Shown: in pieces, positions 27,942 through 44,940 of the stretch
Layout: each line of letters opens with the position of its first letter
How positions within the stretch are numbered: the first letter of the stretch is position 1
Assembly: GCA_012295275.1 (NCBI GenBank)
Contig: CM022676.1
Coordinates: 1,116,001-1,180,000 of the forward strand
Direction: 5' to 3'
From: Chrysomallon squamiferum
Taxonomy: Eukaryota; Animalia; Mollusca
Length of the DNA stretch: 64,000 nucleotides
Translations under genes and position numbers: made by a program
The notes under the pieces: model-generated
What the model was told of the DNA's origin: nothing
What the model saw: the letters and a program-made list of their open reading frames with translations, nothing else
The model's database searches: none

Positions 27942-29353
27942 ATGTCCACAGTAATCACTGTTATTTTATTAACAAGTTTAACACTGACTTCAACTGGTGA
28001 GTTTTACTTTATTTGTTTTTGTTTTTCTCTAAATGCAAGGCTGGAGTTTTCATCTATCGAGTAAACCAGGAAGTGTTTTATAAACAAGTTTGACAACTCG
28101 TTATTACTTGTATTATTTTTATTTCAAATTTTAAATTTATTCAGATTCATAGTGATCTTGAATTCTATGAATGTTAGATCGAAATATTCTTAAAGTTCCC
28201 TACATTAGGTGATAAAATATTTGAAATATGAGAGCAAAACGACTAAATTAAGATTAAATGTTTTCTTTTCAGTTATGTGATACACGTAGTATAGCTATTA
28301 AGAAGGACAAAACACTCATAACTGAAAGGTTTACTAAATGTTTAAGTTATTTCTTTGTTCATGTTTATTTACAGTTGAATGTTCACGAATGACAATCAGC
28401 CCACGTCCTGTTTATGAAGGAGTTCCCGTGACAGTCAGATGTAGTCTTAGTGACATCATCAGTCATGTTGATTTACTTACTTCTGTAACAGTGAGCAGAA
28501 GACTTCTCAGCAATCCCAGTACTGATGTTACGATAGCTTCTGCTGTCACACTAAAGGATGGAGGTAAAGCTGTTTTAAAAGATGTAAACAACTTTGTATC
28601 TAGAGCGACAGTGACAGGAAAGTCTGACAACAATGACAAATCAGGATCTTTTGTCCAGATTCAACTGACAGGAATGACTTGCAGTGATTCAGGAGAATAT
28701 TTCTGTGTAATTAGTTATAACACGCTTGCTGGTAGTCCAGAAACCTCTGAAAGTTCTGTTAACATCACCATTCTAAGTAAGTGAAAACATGGTTTCATCT
28801 AGTATTAAGTGTTAATATATTTCAAATGTTTTACTGAAACTAGTAAAGGTGTGATTTCACGTAATATGAGTTGTTGATTTATTTTATTTCTGTATATTTG
28901 TATATAATACAAAATTCATCTATCCATCTATCTATCTATCTATCTATATATATATATATAATTGAACTAAATTACAGAAAAACGCAGTGTTTATTTATTT
29001 CGTGTTTTTATCTGTTTCAGCAAAGCCAGGTGAAATAGAAATGATCGTTACACCAAGAAAGGAGTTCAGCCCGTATGTTGTCAGTGAAACTGTAGAGTTC
29101 AGGTGTAATGGAAATGTTGGTAACCCAGCACAGTCGTGGTCGTGGCAGTTGAAGTACGCTGCTGACATGAAGTGGATGCCGTACCCATACACAGACAGAA
29201 TCAAAGATGACCCACCTACACTATCTGGGTGTGAGAACAGAGGAAGTTCTGTTTTAAATCACACTGTATCTCTCACTGACAACGCACGAATGTTCAGATG
29301 CATTGTGGGTAACACTGAGTTGTATTCTGCAAACTTTACCATCAACACTCAAA
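27942..29353 (+). CDS. Intact SP-IgV-IgC2 module (Ig paralog 3), predicted ectodomain of the downstream kinase
   Basis: Exons 27942-27996, 28375-28776, 29021-29353. Open frame, canonical splice sites, ends in phase 1. No family TM or tail exon was found downstream. Confidence 0.88.
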
Positions 29354-30232
29354 GTAAGATTTCGTTTTATCTGATTTTATAATGAAAATCATTGTTATAT
29401 GGAAAAGTACATTGGTATGTGTAACGTATAACAAAATTGTTTTAGAAAGGCATCTGACTTCAAAATGATTTAACGGAAGAAAATAACAGCGATCATGTCG
29501 ATGTTATGTCCAGTTTCAACTTGTTAATCTGCATGTTTTGTCATTTGTTGTAAAAGCCAGCTTATTGGATTACGTAAATAATGATTTATTTTCTTTCAGT
29601 CACCCAACACGAATAGGCTGCTTGATGTGTTGAAACAGAAACTATGAACAGTCAGTGTATTAGCACTGCACTCAAGTCTATTGCGTTACTTTCTTTCCAT
29701 TTTTCTGTTAATCACTGCAGCTAATCATCTTTCTATAGTATGCAGTTTTCACTTCACCCATACACCCGTTTATTTTTCAATTCCCTCTTTGTTCTTTTTC
29801 TGTGTCTGTATAAAAATAATAATGATTTCTTTTCTAAATATTTTCACCTGATTTATGAAAAAACCTCTTTGTTCTTTTTCTGTGTCTGTATAAAAATAAT
29901 AATTATTTCTTTTCTAAATATTTTCACCTGATTTATGAAAGAAACTACCGTATTGTTTATTTAATAATAAACATGTTAATAGTGACTGATTTCAGTTTGA
30001 AATTTGAAATTTGACTCGGTCTTCTCTCTCTTGTTTCACTCACAAGAGCCAGGACAGATAACGTATAAATAACAATATACATATCAGGTTTTAACGTATA
30101 AATAACAACATACATATCAGGTTTTGACGTATAAATAACAAAATACATATCAGGTTTTAAGTTTTAACATGTCCTTCGTTTTGTTTTTGTAGTAATCCTG
30201 TTAAAACTTTTTATTTTATTTCAGGGCAATTC

Positions 30233-30289
<57 letters not shown>

Positions 30290-30437
30290 GTGTGTGTTTG
30301 TGTCTGTATGAGAGAGTGCATAAGTCCATGCTTGAAAATATATTGTTATATTAAGTTTTAACAGGCTACTACATAAACAAAACGTAGGATATGTTAACAC
30401 GTACATAAATTTCAAAAATAAAACACACTTTTACTCG

Positions 30438-30484
<47 letters not shown>

Positions 30485-30571
30485 TTGTGTGGGCGATAAA
30501 CAAATTACAGAGGTGATATCGGAGGTACATAACAAAGAGTATTATAAAGTACAAAGACAGATAAAACTCAT

Positions 30572-30605
<34 letters not shown>

Positions 30606-30730
30606 GTAAAAAAAGAACTTATAATGATAAAAAAAAATTAAAAAAATGTCTTCAGCAGGTTTAAGTATCTAGTGAGAAGGACATTGTCTTTTGAAATGTT
30701 AAAACTTTCGATTTGTATTGTGTGCAGGGA

Positions 30731-30840
<110 letters not shown>

Positions 30841-30893
30841 ATCAGTCTGGATATGATTTAAAATATTTATTATTTTGATTTTCTTTATTTCAG

Positions 30894-31428
30894 AAACAAA
30901 CATCTCGGACACATCTCAATCTCTGAACACTGTTGCTCTGGGTGTTGGAATCGGACTCAGTCTTATAGAACTTTTAGTTCTTGTCATCATCATTCTGTGT
31001 TGTTTTAGACGAGCGAAAAAACGAAAGGTAAATTTCTTCTTTCGCTTTATCAGTTTTATGTAATTTAATGTGGATGTACGAATAATAATAATAAAAATCT
31101 TTATTTTCATTCAGCCATAATCCCTGTCTAACAAAAGTCATATGTGATGTTTCCTGTATATGGGATGGTGGTTATAAAAAAAAATCTTTGCAGCTGATGC
31201 AAAATTATAAAAAGAGTGGTTTTGAGCGGGTTTCCTCTCTAGTTATGAGTTGTTGTTATCCACTTGTCTGATAACGTGTAACTAACTAAAGTTTACGTTT
31301 TCTTCACGTCCAGCAGAAGACAGCATCCCTGTCACTAGAAACTTAAACCTGCTGAACACATTTTTACAATTTACCTTTTTATCATTTCTTTTTTACTTAT
31401 TATGATGATGATGATGATGATGATGATG

Positions 31429-31500
<72 letters not shown>

Positions 31501-31511
31501 TTTTGTTGTTG

Positions 31512-31600
<89 letters not shown>

Positions 31601-31799
31601 TTGTTATTTCAGCAACAGGAAAGTGTAGCAATATTTACAGGAATCTATGACACAACTTTTAATTCCGGCTCTGAAGAGGTGATGCAATTTAATAATAATA
31701 ACAAAACAACAACAATAACTACAACACTTATTAGCAACAATAACAAAAAGAGTACTAATAATAATAATAATAATAACTATTATTATTACTATTATTATA

Positions 31800-31895
<96 letters not shown>

Positions 31896-33117
31896 AGCAG
31901 CAGCAACGGTATCAAAACAATAATACAATTGGTGATATTAATGATTATGATGAAGATAACGATCATTGTAATTATTATCATAATAAAAATGATTATGATG
32001 ACAATGATAATAATTTTTATAAAGATTATTATCATTTTTGTTAATAACGATCATTATCATCTACAACTTCATCATCACATCATGATGATTCTCATCATCT
32101 ACATTTCAGACTCACGTGTACAGTGAGCTAACTCCGGCATCAGAGGAATTTCCCAGAGAACGTCTCAGATTTCTACAATTGCTGGGTGAAGGCAAATTTT
32201 GGAAAGTTTTGAAAGCAGAGGCTCTGGACATCAAAGGCTTGAAGAGATGGGACGAAGTAGCTGTCAAAATGGTTAAAGGTAAAAGATATTTACAGAAAAG
32301 TCTCGACTGAAGACGCTTAGGTTCGATTCTTCATAAAACATAACGCGTAAAATACATATTGTCCTGTCTCTGTAACCATACAATAGAAAATTATTTTGTT
32401 ATTGATAAATGAAGTGTTAAACTATATAAATCAGTCTCTAACAAAGAGGTTAACCAAAATGTCAATCATAGTATTTCATTTCGGTTGGATTAGAAAAACA
32501 AAAGACTCTTCTCTTACGGTTAAATGAAGTTTGGTGACATCAGTTGTCTTCGTAGATAAATCATTACAAAAGTATTTTACTGAGTCTAATACAGAATAAA
32601 AACTAAAAACTAGTCTTCATCGTCTGATTGTTTGCTTCAGTGTTCCTCTCGTTATCTGAGACCGACGTCATATAAATAAATATTTCCTTCCTAACTTTAT
32701 TTTTAACTAGCAAATTAGTGTGGTCATCTTTTCTTTCTAAACAATCATTTGCTTTCTCTATCCCTCTTTTCTAGCAGCGGCCATCATGTTTAGATAATAA
32801 TATTTATTTTCATTTTCAGAAACGGCGACTGATGCCGAAAAACAAGATTTTTATCAAGAGTTGTTAATTGTGAGAAAAATACCGAGACATATAAATGTGG
32901 TCGCGTTTCTTGGATGTTGTACGTCTGGTGGTAAAACATTTATTTGTATTATTAATTAAATCTTATGTCTTCAGTGCATATCTATATTTCTATTTTCTTT
33001 CTTTCTAATATGATCTACCTTCGTAACTATTAACGTATCTGCCTTTTAACATAACTACTTATGTACCTACCTGTATATCTATTTTAGTATCTGCTTACTA
33101 TCTGTCTATCTATATAT

Positions 33118-33149
<32 letters not shown>

Positions 33150-34359
33150 TCACACACACACACTAATTGAATACCTGCAAATTTATCAACCTTCCTTCTT
33201 ATGAATATATAGTTTGTATATTAATATATAATTTAATAACTACTTAGTTAATGCTAGATATATTAAGATATATTTTAATACCTACATATATCAAGAAACG
33301 GATAAACACCTACATATCTTAAGATGTAGAAAAGTATCTACTTATATCAAATATATATTAATATCTAGATACAAAAATATTTTCACTATATCAGTTATAT
33401 AGTTTTCACGTCTTTACTTTTTCTGTATTTCTTCGCTATCTTTCGTTTTCGTAGGGTTTTTTTGCTTTGTTCATTCCTTTGTTTAAAATCCTTTCATTGC
33501 TTCTTTTCTGACGTCATCGTTCTTTTAATCTTTCTTTTCTGTTTTCTTCAAATAAATATTTCAAAATATAAATAATATCAGAACCGACACTGATGATCAT
33601 GGAGTATGTTTCTGGTGGTGACCTACTGACCTACTTACGGAGTTGCAGACCGGGAAAAGCGGAAACGGAAAGATGTTCTGTGGGACAGAAAGATTTGCTG
33701 TCCTTTGCGTTTCAGACGGCGCGTGGTTTATGTCATCTAGAAAACAATAAAGTAAAAACAAATAAACATTTGTTTGATACGCGTCTGTGTGTGTGTATAT
33801 ATATATATACATATATATACACACACATAAATATAATAAATACATAAATACATAGATATACAAACACATACACATACACAAACACACACATATAAATATA
33901 ATAAATATATATATATATATATATATATTTCATGCACTACGTAACAAGGAACTTATTTCTGTCTCTCCAGCCTCTTAAATCTCTGAGTGTAAGAACTTTC
34001 TGTTATAAATGTTAAAACTAAAGTGTACAACTTCAGATAATTCACCGAGATGTCGCTGCTAGAAATGTGCTGGTAGACGAAGGAAAAGTTTGTAAAATTT
34101 CTGATTTCGGACTGGCGCGAGATGTAGAGGGCGCTGATGTGTACGAAAGAACATCAAAGGTACGAACGTTATTCTTTATTTAATTAGAGGGTAATAATAA
34201 TAATAATAATAATAAAAGAAACATAGTATTCTGGATATTGTTTACAGGTTCAAAAAATATAAAAACAGTTTTGTCGGCAACGGTTGTTTTGTGTAATATA
34301 TTTATTGTTTATTTACTCTTAAAGCTCGCTTCATCGAGAAAACGAAAATAATAAAATAA

Positions 34360-34405
<46 letters not shown>

Positions 34406-35055
34406 GAAAATAATTAATAATAATTCAATGAATTAAAAAAAAATAATAATAATAAAATCGTCTCATAGACAAATTTTGTTTGTTTGTCTGTTCAGGGACC
34501 TCTGCCTATCAGGTGGCTGGCCCCAGAGTCGCTGAGAGACAAGATTCACACGCACAAGTCAGACGTGTGGGCGTATGGCGTACTGTTATGGGAAATAGTC
34601 ACTCTGGGTGAGTAGGCCTGTGAGTGACAGTGTATGATAAAAACTTTACTGCTCACTTTATGAACAGCTGTAGATAGTTTGTTTTATAATTGCTGTAATT
34701 AGAAATGTTGATAGTTTAAAAGTGCGTGATAGCGTTATCATTACAGAGTACGTGATAGTTGGTGATAGTTTCTGATAACAGAGTATGCGATATTTGTCAT
34801 ATAAATAGTTTGTGATACTTTGTTTAATATATATAGAACTTATGATAGTTTGTCATAGAGTTCGATATAATTATTATGTCAGAGTATAATAAATTGCTAC
34901 ATAAATACATACATTTACACATACACACACGTTACATACAGACATACACTGATATATATATATATATACACATGCATAACATACAGAAAGAGAGAAGAGC
35001 AAGATATTTAACATGTATAAAATACGGATGTGTGTGTGTCTGTGTGGGGGTGTGG

Positions 35056-35122
<67 letters not shown>

Positions 35123-37482
35123 ATAGAGAGAGAGACTGAAACAATATGTAAGTATCACAGATATTTCTTTCTCTATTTGCATCTGTATTTGGGTCCATGG
35201 CTGCACATTTATTTCTACATACTTGTCAGTGTCTCTGACATATAAAAAACTGTTTTTATTCTCTCAGGTTCAAGTCCCTATCCAGGTATGTCAAGTATAC
35301 AGGTGACGTGTTTTGTTCTTGATGGAAAAACTCAGCAATGTCCACCTCAGTGCAAAGAGAAAATGTAAGTTTGTAGAAACAAATAAACAGAAAACAACAA
35401 ACAAACCCAGATCTCCGAATAATCAAGCAAAATTAGCTGTACATAATATTATGTGTTATTAGCTAACTGTAGATAATATAATGTGTTATTAGTTAACTGT
35501 AGATAACATAATGTGTTATTAGTTAACTGTAGATAATATAATGTGTTATTAGTTAACTGTAGATAATATAATGTGTTATTAGTTAACTGTAGATAATATA
35601 ATGTGTTATTAGTTAACTGTACATAACATAATGTGTTATTAGCTAACTGTAGATAATATAATGTTTTATTAGTTAACTATAGTTAATATAATGTGTTATT
35701 AGTTAAATGTAGATAATATAATGTGTTATTAGTTAAATGTAGATAATATAATGTGTTATTAGTTAAATGTAGATAATATAATGTGTTATTAGTTAAATGT
35801 AGATAATATAATGTTTATTAGCTAACTGTAGATAATATAATGTGTTATTAGTTGACTGTAGATAACATAATGTGTTATTAGTTAAATGTAGATAACATAA
35901 TGTGTTATTAGTTAAATATAGATAAGATAATGTGTTATTAGTTAAATGTAGATAATATAATGTGTTATTAGTTAAATGTAGATAATATAATGTTATTAGT
36001 TGACTGTAGATAACATAATGTGTTATTAGTTGACTGTAGACAATGCAATGTGCTATTAATTCAAAATATTTGTTTCTATCTTGTCTCAGTTAATGATAAG
36101 ATTACCAACATCACCCAGTGACCCTTAATGTCACCTAGTGACTGCTATAATCACCTAGTGATTTCTAATATGACCCAGTGACCACGATGATCACCTATAA
36201 ATTAAAAATCACTCAGTGAAGGTTAGTAAGTGCCAGTGGCGTCTAAGATTACCCAGTGACTAGTTATTGTCATTTAGTGAATTTACAATCACTCAATGAT
36301 GTTACGATCACCCCTATGACTGTTATAAATATGTGTATAAAAATTGTTATGGTTACCCCCCCCCCCAAGACCACTAACAGAACCTTTCTCCTGGACTACT
36401 TTGACAACCTATGTGTTCGGAGCCTTCCGTCATATTCACCCCCCACAACTTCCAGATAAATCCATCCCTCAACGTCAGTTCCATTACTCTTGAATGGCGA
36501 TCAAGAACCAACAACATACAGAACAGCGCCTTTGTAAAGTTAGTTAACCCGTCTGGAGAGCCACTGACAGCACACACAAATATCCGGCCCAGGTTGCCAC
36601 TGCACTACGTTACCTGCCTGGTGAGCCACCAGCAAAGCGTGTGAGACGCCACACCCACAAACTGCAGTCAAAGCTGCACAAACTGTGACAGGCGTGACAA
36701 CAGCAAGACTTTCTTAAGGGCATTGGTCATTATCTAAGATTTAAGTAAATCAAGCAGTTTTATACGCAAATAATAATGAGAAGTTATTGCTGGTTAACGT
36801 TAAATAAAAAATACTATTTCTGCTCAGTACTAATCTGTGAAGTAGGGGAGTGGGGAATTGTCCTAGTGGGGAATTGTCCTGGGGGAATTGTCCTAGTGGG
36901 GAATTGTCCAAGTGGGGAATTGTCCTAGTAGGGAATTGTCCAAGTGGGGAATTGTCCAATTGTCCAAGGGGAATTGTCCTAGTAGGGAATTGTCCTAGTG
37001 GGGAATTGTCCAAGTGGGGAATAGTAGGGAATTGTCCTAAGTGGGGAATTGTCCTAGTGGGGAATAGTCCGTTTACACCCAGGACCCCTATGAACGGCTA
37101 GTATAACTCGAAGACGTTTACGAAGACCACTGACTAATTGTGTTTACGTACTGACTGCTGGATCACCTAGTGACAGCTAAAATCGCTTACTACTCATAAA
37201 AACAATGTAATCAAATGTTTAGTGATATTTAACACGTTCGGTGCTTCAGAGTGTAACTCATACTATGTTTCATTCATTTTATAAGTACATTCAGTTTATG
37301 CTGTTTTCAGATCTGCTGTTATGGAGAAATGTTGGCAGTTTGAAGCCAAGGATCGACCTTCATTCTCCGACCTTGTTCACACGCTGGAACAAATTCTCGA
37401 AGAAGACGCGGACTATCTTAAATTAGAAAACATGCAGGACGGAATTTATAGCTTATTAGAAACAACTGAAGAAAAACTGTGA
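30894..37482 (+). CDS. Receptor tyrosine kinase TM + kinase module, Ret/Cad96Ca(Stitcher)-like; with 27942-29353 forms a 647-aa chimeric RTK
   Basis: Exons 30894-31027 (TM), 31613-31678, 32110-32278 ([12 protein letters not shown]), 32820-32930, 33582-33751, 34037-34159 ([19 protein letters not shown]), 34496-34607 ([13 protein letters not shown]), 35268-35364, 37311-37482 (…[23 protein letters not shown]). Family assignment is from recalled motif similarity. Confidence 0.9.
35433..36060. repeat. 30-bp intronic minisatellite (tagttaactgtagataatataatgtgttat)n
   Basis: About 20 tandem units in the last kinase intron. Confidence 0.92.
36350..37080 (+). mobile_element. 3' fragment of a Mutator/MULE-like DNA transposon with G-rich subterminal repeats
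   Basis: Frameshifted peptides LLDYFDN…, [15 protein letters not shown]…[18 protein letters not shown]…[20 protein letters not shown] resemble a MULE transposase C-terminus. They are followed by (ggggaattgtcctagt)n at 36850-37065 ending 'gtccgtttacaccc'. Absent from the paralogous intron. Confidence 0.6.
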
Positions 37483-37974
37483 TACAGAGCGTTTAATATC
37501 GATTTCCATTCAACAAAATAACGATTGAAAAGAGATTACAATATATATATATATACAAAAGAGTACATGTAAATAAATAAATTACCCGAACGGCTCACAA
37601 TGGGTATGAAATGTAACTTGCAGAAAACAACAAACTTTACAAGCAAATATTCCAAGCAAATATATCCACTTTATTTTTTCATACCATGATCAAATTACAT
37701 TTAAATTTCTTTTCTTCGTCTGCTTCTTCTTCTTCTTCTTTTTCTTCTTCTTCTTCTTCTTCTTCTTCTATTGTTGTTGTTGTTGTGTTGTTATTTACCT
37801 TGGAAATAGTTATTTACTACGATCAGACGTGATCACGTGCTCACAGTGAAATAGCTTTCAGATAGAACAGACAGAGGATGAACATTTATGTTATCAGTTT
37901 TTCAAATGTCGTTAATATTAAAATGTGTTTAGTTGTTTAACCATATGTTTTCATAAATAATCGTCTGTCCACAC

Positions 37975-38255
37975 ACACGCGCAGACACACACAAACACAC
38001 TACACAGACACACGCGCAGACACACACAAACACACTACACAGACACACGCGCAGACACACACAAACACACTACACAGACACACGCGCAGACACACACAAA
38101 CACACTACACAGACACACGCGCTGACACACACAAACACACTACACAGACTCACGCGCAGACACACACAAACACACTACACAGACACACGCGCAGACACAC
38201 ACAAACACACTACACAGACACACGCGCAGACACACACACACACTACACAGACACA
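37975..38255. repeat. 35-bp CA-rich minisatellite
   Basis: Tandem 'gcagacacacacaaacacactacacagacacacgc', about 7-8 copies. Confidence 0.85.
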
Positions 38256-39318
38256 CACGCACACACACACCACTCCAAACACACACACACACGCACCCAC
38301 ACACAGATAGATATATTAAACAGACACATGCATATAAAGTGTTATTTCTTGCGTATCATAGAAGATATTTGTGTATAATTATTGTTGACTAATAACACTG
38401 TTTTTTATCTGCAGAAATATTTCAATATTACTAAATTTATTAACTTATCAACAAAAGTTATGCAATAAATAATACTAACAACATTAAGTATGAATCATTA
38501 TTTTTTATTTTAGACATACATACACACAGATACTTACATACCATACACATGTTAAAATAAATACATATATATATATATATATATGGACACATACATATAT
38601 ATAGACTCGTAAAAATATATACATACACACATGCACACGCCCAAAACCAAACACATACACATACTGAAGGCTAACACCTGATATGTGTGGATATTTATAC
38701 ATATGTGTGTATATGTGTGTGTGTGTACTGTTAAAATATCTATGTACGTGGAATAAATTTAAACTACACAGAATCAGTATAAATACTAACATAGTTCTTA
38801 TGAAAATGTTGTTATGAAAATTTTATTTGTCAAAATTTCTCACCATATATTTCTTAATGGGAAACTGTAAATAATATACTCGTTGTTGCTTTAATGGTTT
38901 TCTAAATACAGAAACAAAACGATATAATATTATATTGGGATGACTATCCTTATTTGTTTTCATTCTGAATATATGTTTATTTTTACTAATACTATGCTTA
39001 TTTGTCATTATTACGTAAAACAAAACAAAAATAAATATGAATGCAAATTAGAAAGTCTTTTATTCGAGTATAAATAGACGCGAATAAGTAACAGTGATAT
39101 TGTTATTCTCGTGAAAATTTCAGTATTAAAAATTACTTATGCTGCATTTAATTTTGTTTGTTTTACTGACATTTCACACTGGTAAGCAAATACAAATTAT
39201 TTTACAGAAAAAACTAACAATAATATAGATGACTAATATATTAATTCACCAGCAATAACAACAACAACAACATAGTAACAATAATAGCAGCAGCACCAAA
39301 ATATACACATGAATGTAC

Positions 39319-39393
<75 letters not shown>

Positions 39394-39408
39394 GAGACAG
39401 AGAGACAG

Positions 39409-39439
<31 letters not shown>

Positions 39440-39611
39440 TTAGGGTTTTTACAAATTTTCTCTCTTCAAATGATTAGATTGTCTGAGAGAGAGAGAATCT
39501 CAGTAGAGAATCTTGAGTTATAACTGTCAGGTGACAATGTTAGGTTTTTTTAAGTTATCTCTGTCTTGACAAGTCAATTTCTTCTTCATACGAACTTGAG
39601 TTTAACTCAGG

Positions 39612-39730
<119 letters not shown>

Positions 39731-41080
39731 CAGGTCCAAGTCTTGGGATATCTCCATGACGTCTGAGTTCTGAATTACCTCTTGTCAGTCAGATTCTTTG
39801 ATTATCTCTCTCACAGATGAGTCTGGCTTATGCCTTTAATGTCCTCGTCTTAGTAATGTCCCTGACAATTGCGTGCAGCGGTTGAAGATACATATCTTTC
39901 CTAAATGTCTTCTCTGAGGTCACATTATTATTAGTAGTAGTAGTATATAAAGTAGTAATAGTGTTACTGTTATGTTTATGATTATTACTGTTATTATTAT
40001 TACTACTATGACTATGATTATGATGATGATGATGATGATTATTATTACTATTATTATTATTATTACTATTATTACTATTGTGATTAAGATTATTATTATT
40101 ATTATCATTATTACTACTACTACTACTACTACTACTATTACTTTTATTATGATTATGATAATGATGATACTGATTATTATTATTAGTATTAGTATTAGTA
40201 TTATTATCATGTTATTGTTATTACTTCTGCTGTTTCTGTTTTATTATTAGTTAAAAATGTTTTCAGTTTATCTATAAAGAAACAGTTATTTTATGTTTAT
40301 TCTTGGCTGCATTGTACAAATTATTACGATCTTGTATCCCACCTTTAATGAGTAATATGACCTTTACTGTGCCGTATTTGCATGAAGTGAGATATTGAAA
40401 AATTATTCTTTTCGACATATCAGTCTTAGTGCAGCAATCACTCGATAAAGTCAGGGTAACATTTGAAGGTAATTGTTTCTCTTTCTGAACGTCAGTTGAG
40501 AAAACAGTATTCATAATAATTCTAAACATTCACGCATTTCGTTACAGAAACAACAAATGAAATCATCCATAGAGGTGAGATGAACGATCGTTTATTTTTA
40601 ACTTAACAACTTTTCAGTTTGGGAATGTTCACTTCCGTACGTCAGTAATTCCAGTTTCACAATATTTTCATTTTCTTTCACACGAGTTGTCATTATATTA
40701 AGTAATAAAAACCTTTCATATTTTATCTTCTTTTCATATTAGTACGATCTTAGTACTTCATTAAGGCAATACTATTACTATTACTACTATATGAAATATA
40801 TAATTACAACTACTATTATTACTAGTGTTACTGTTGCTGTTATGGTTACTGTAACTGGTACTACTATTATTAGTATTACTATTCCTACTACCACTACTAC
40901 CAACACCACTAGTACTACTACTACTACTATTATTATTACTTCTACAATTACTACTACTACTGTTTCGACTTTGTTCTTTCAATAATGTTTAGGTGGCATT
41001 TATTTTTATAGTTTCTATAGGGTTAGAGTTTTAAATTAATATTAGAAAAGTATTATATTTATTTTGTGATTTAATAACAG

Positions 41081-43276
<2,196 letters not shown>

Positions 43277-43568
43277 ATCAGTTCAAGGAGTTCTGTATTC
43301 TCTGATACAAACCTTAAATAAAAATGAAGTTTTGTTATCGTTATTCGATCATGATATCTCTGTCTATATGTATATTTATTTGTCTGTTACGTGTATGTAT
43401 GAATTTAGGAATTAATATTCTATTGTGTTGTTTGACTCCGTTCAATGTCAGTCCGACCATAACGCTGGCAGACATTCGCTCCATCCCAAAGATGAATCAC
43501 AACATCAAACTGTTGTTGCTGTCATTTGCATCATCTTCATCACCGTCACCTCTCTCTCTCTCTTCCTC

Positions 43569-43599
<31 letters not shown>

Positions 43600-43682
43600 C
43601 AATCAGTGAGTCTCAGTCTGTCTCTGCCTGTGTATATATGTCGTAAATGTGTTTGATAGTGTATGAGTGTGTGTGAGAGTGT

Positions 43683-43736
<54 letters not shown>

Positions 43737-44197
43737 AAATAATTAGCGGCCAAGTAACACTTGCTATGGTACGGTAATTAGGTAACGTAATCTGTCTTAC
43801 TTCTGTGACCGATTCCGCATTTGAATAGGTTTCAGTTGGTTGATTCCATATTTTAGATAATTTAATTGTGCGTGTTTGCTTAGGTGTAATTACCTATACG
43901 TTTGTGAAATAATTACTAAATAATCAAGCTTTGATTATTTATGACGTGGATGAGGGTAAAAGTATACCATCACGATAATAACTTAGTCTCAGTTTCAAAT
44001 GACTAATCCCTGTCATATTCCTCTGAACGTCTTCATTTCGTAACGATAACGAGCACCTTGCATTGTCAGAGTGACAACGAATACACAGGGAACTTTTCTG
44101 AATAGTCTCTGTCTTATGTTCGTCTGATTAGACTCTGCACATAGATCACTTCCCACGAAACACGCCGTTCTTTGTCTTTCGTCATTATATATGTATG

Positions 44198-44229
<32 letters not shown>

Positions 44230-44940
44230 TGCATATATGTTTGTACGCATATATGTATGTATGTATGTATATATGTTTGTACGAATGTATGTATGTATGT
44301 ATGTATGCATATATGTTTGTACGTATGTATGTATGTATGAATCTATGTATGTATATATGTTTGTATGTATGTATGTATGTATGTATGAATCTATGTATGT
44401 GTGTGTTTGGGTATGTATATATGTATGCATGTATGTATATATGTATGTTTGTACGTATGTATGTATGTATGTATACATGTTTATATTTATGTATATATGT
44501 ATGTATCTATGTATGTATATATGTTTCTACGTACGTATGTATGTATGTATTTCAAAGTAATAATAACAATGATTTATTTATTTTTTATCTTCGTTTTAAA
44601 CTTTTGGCCATCAGATTAAGTGAGACTATAGCACGTTGTTTCTGATTGCTGACATTTTGTTTTGTTCTGGAAGGCAAAGTTTCACACAAACCTGTAGAAA
44701 ATGTGGATGCAAGTCACGACCTTTCTGTTTTTAGCGTTTCTTGTCACATGCTTTCGTTACGTATAATTTATATGCATTTCACAGTCCTTCTACAAGTTTA
44801 TATTGATTATAAGTTTAAACTCATGATTATTTTTTATACACTTACGGTTTTATTTTCACCTCCCTTTCTAGACAGATATTCGATTGCTAACAAAACAAAA
44901 CAAAAATAGGAATAAAAGGCTATCATACACTAAAAGTAAA

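Noticed and set aside
36750-37101. Repetitive peptide ORFs ([10 protein letters not shown] / GNCPSGELS)
   Set aside because: Translations of the 15-16 bp subterminal repeat.
40570-40730. Candidate first exon for lectin A (block highly conserved in both arms)
   Set aside because: No convincing ATG-signal peptide-donor frame could be built.
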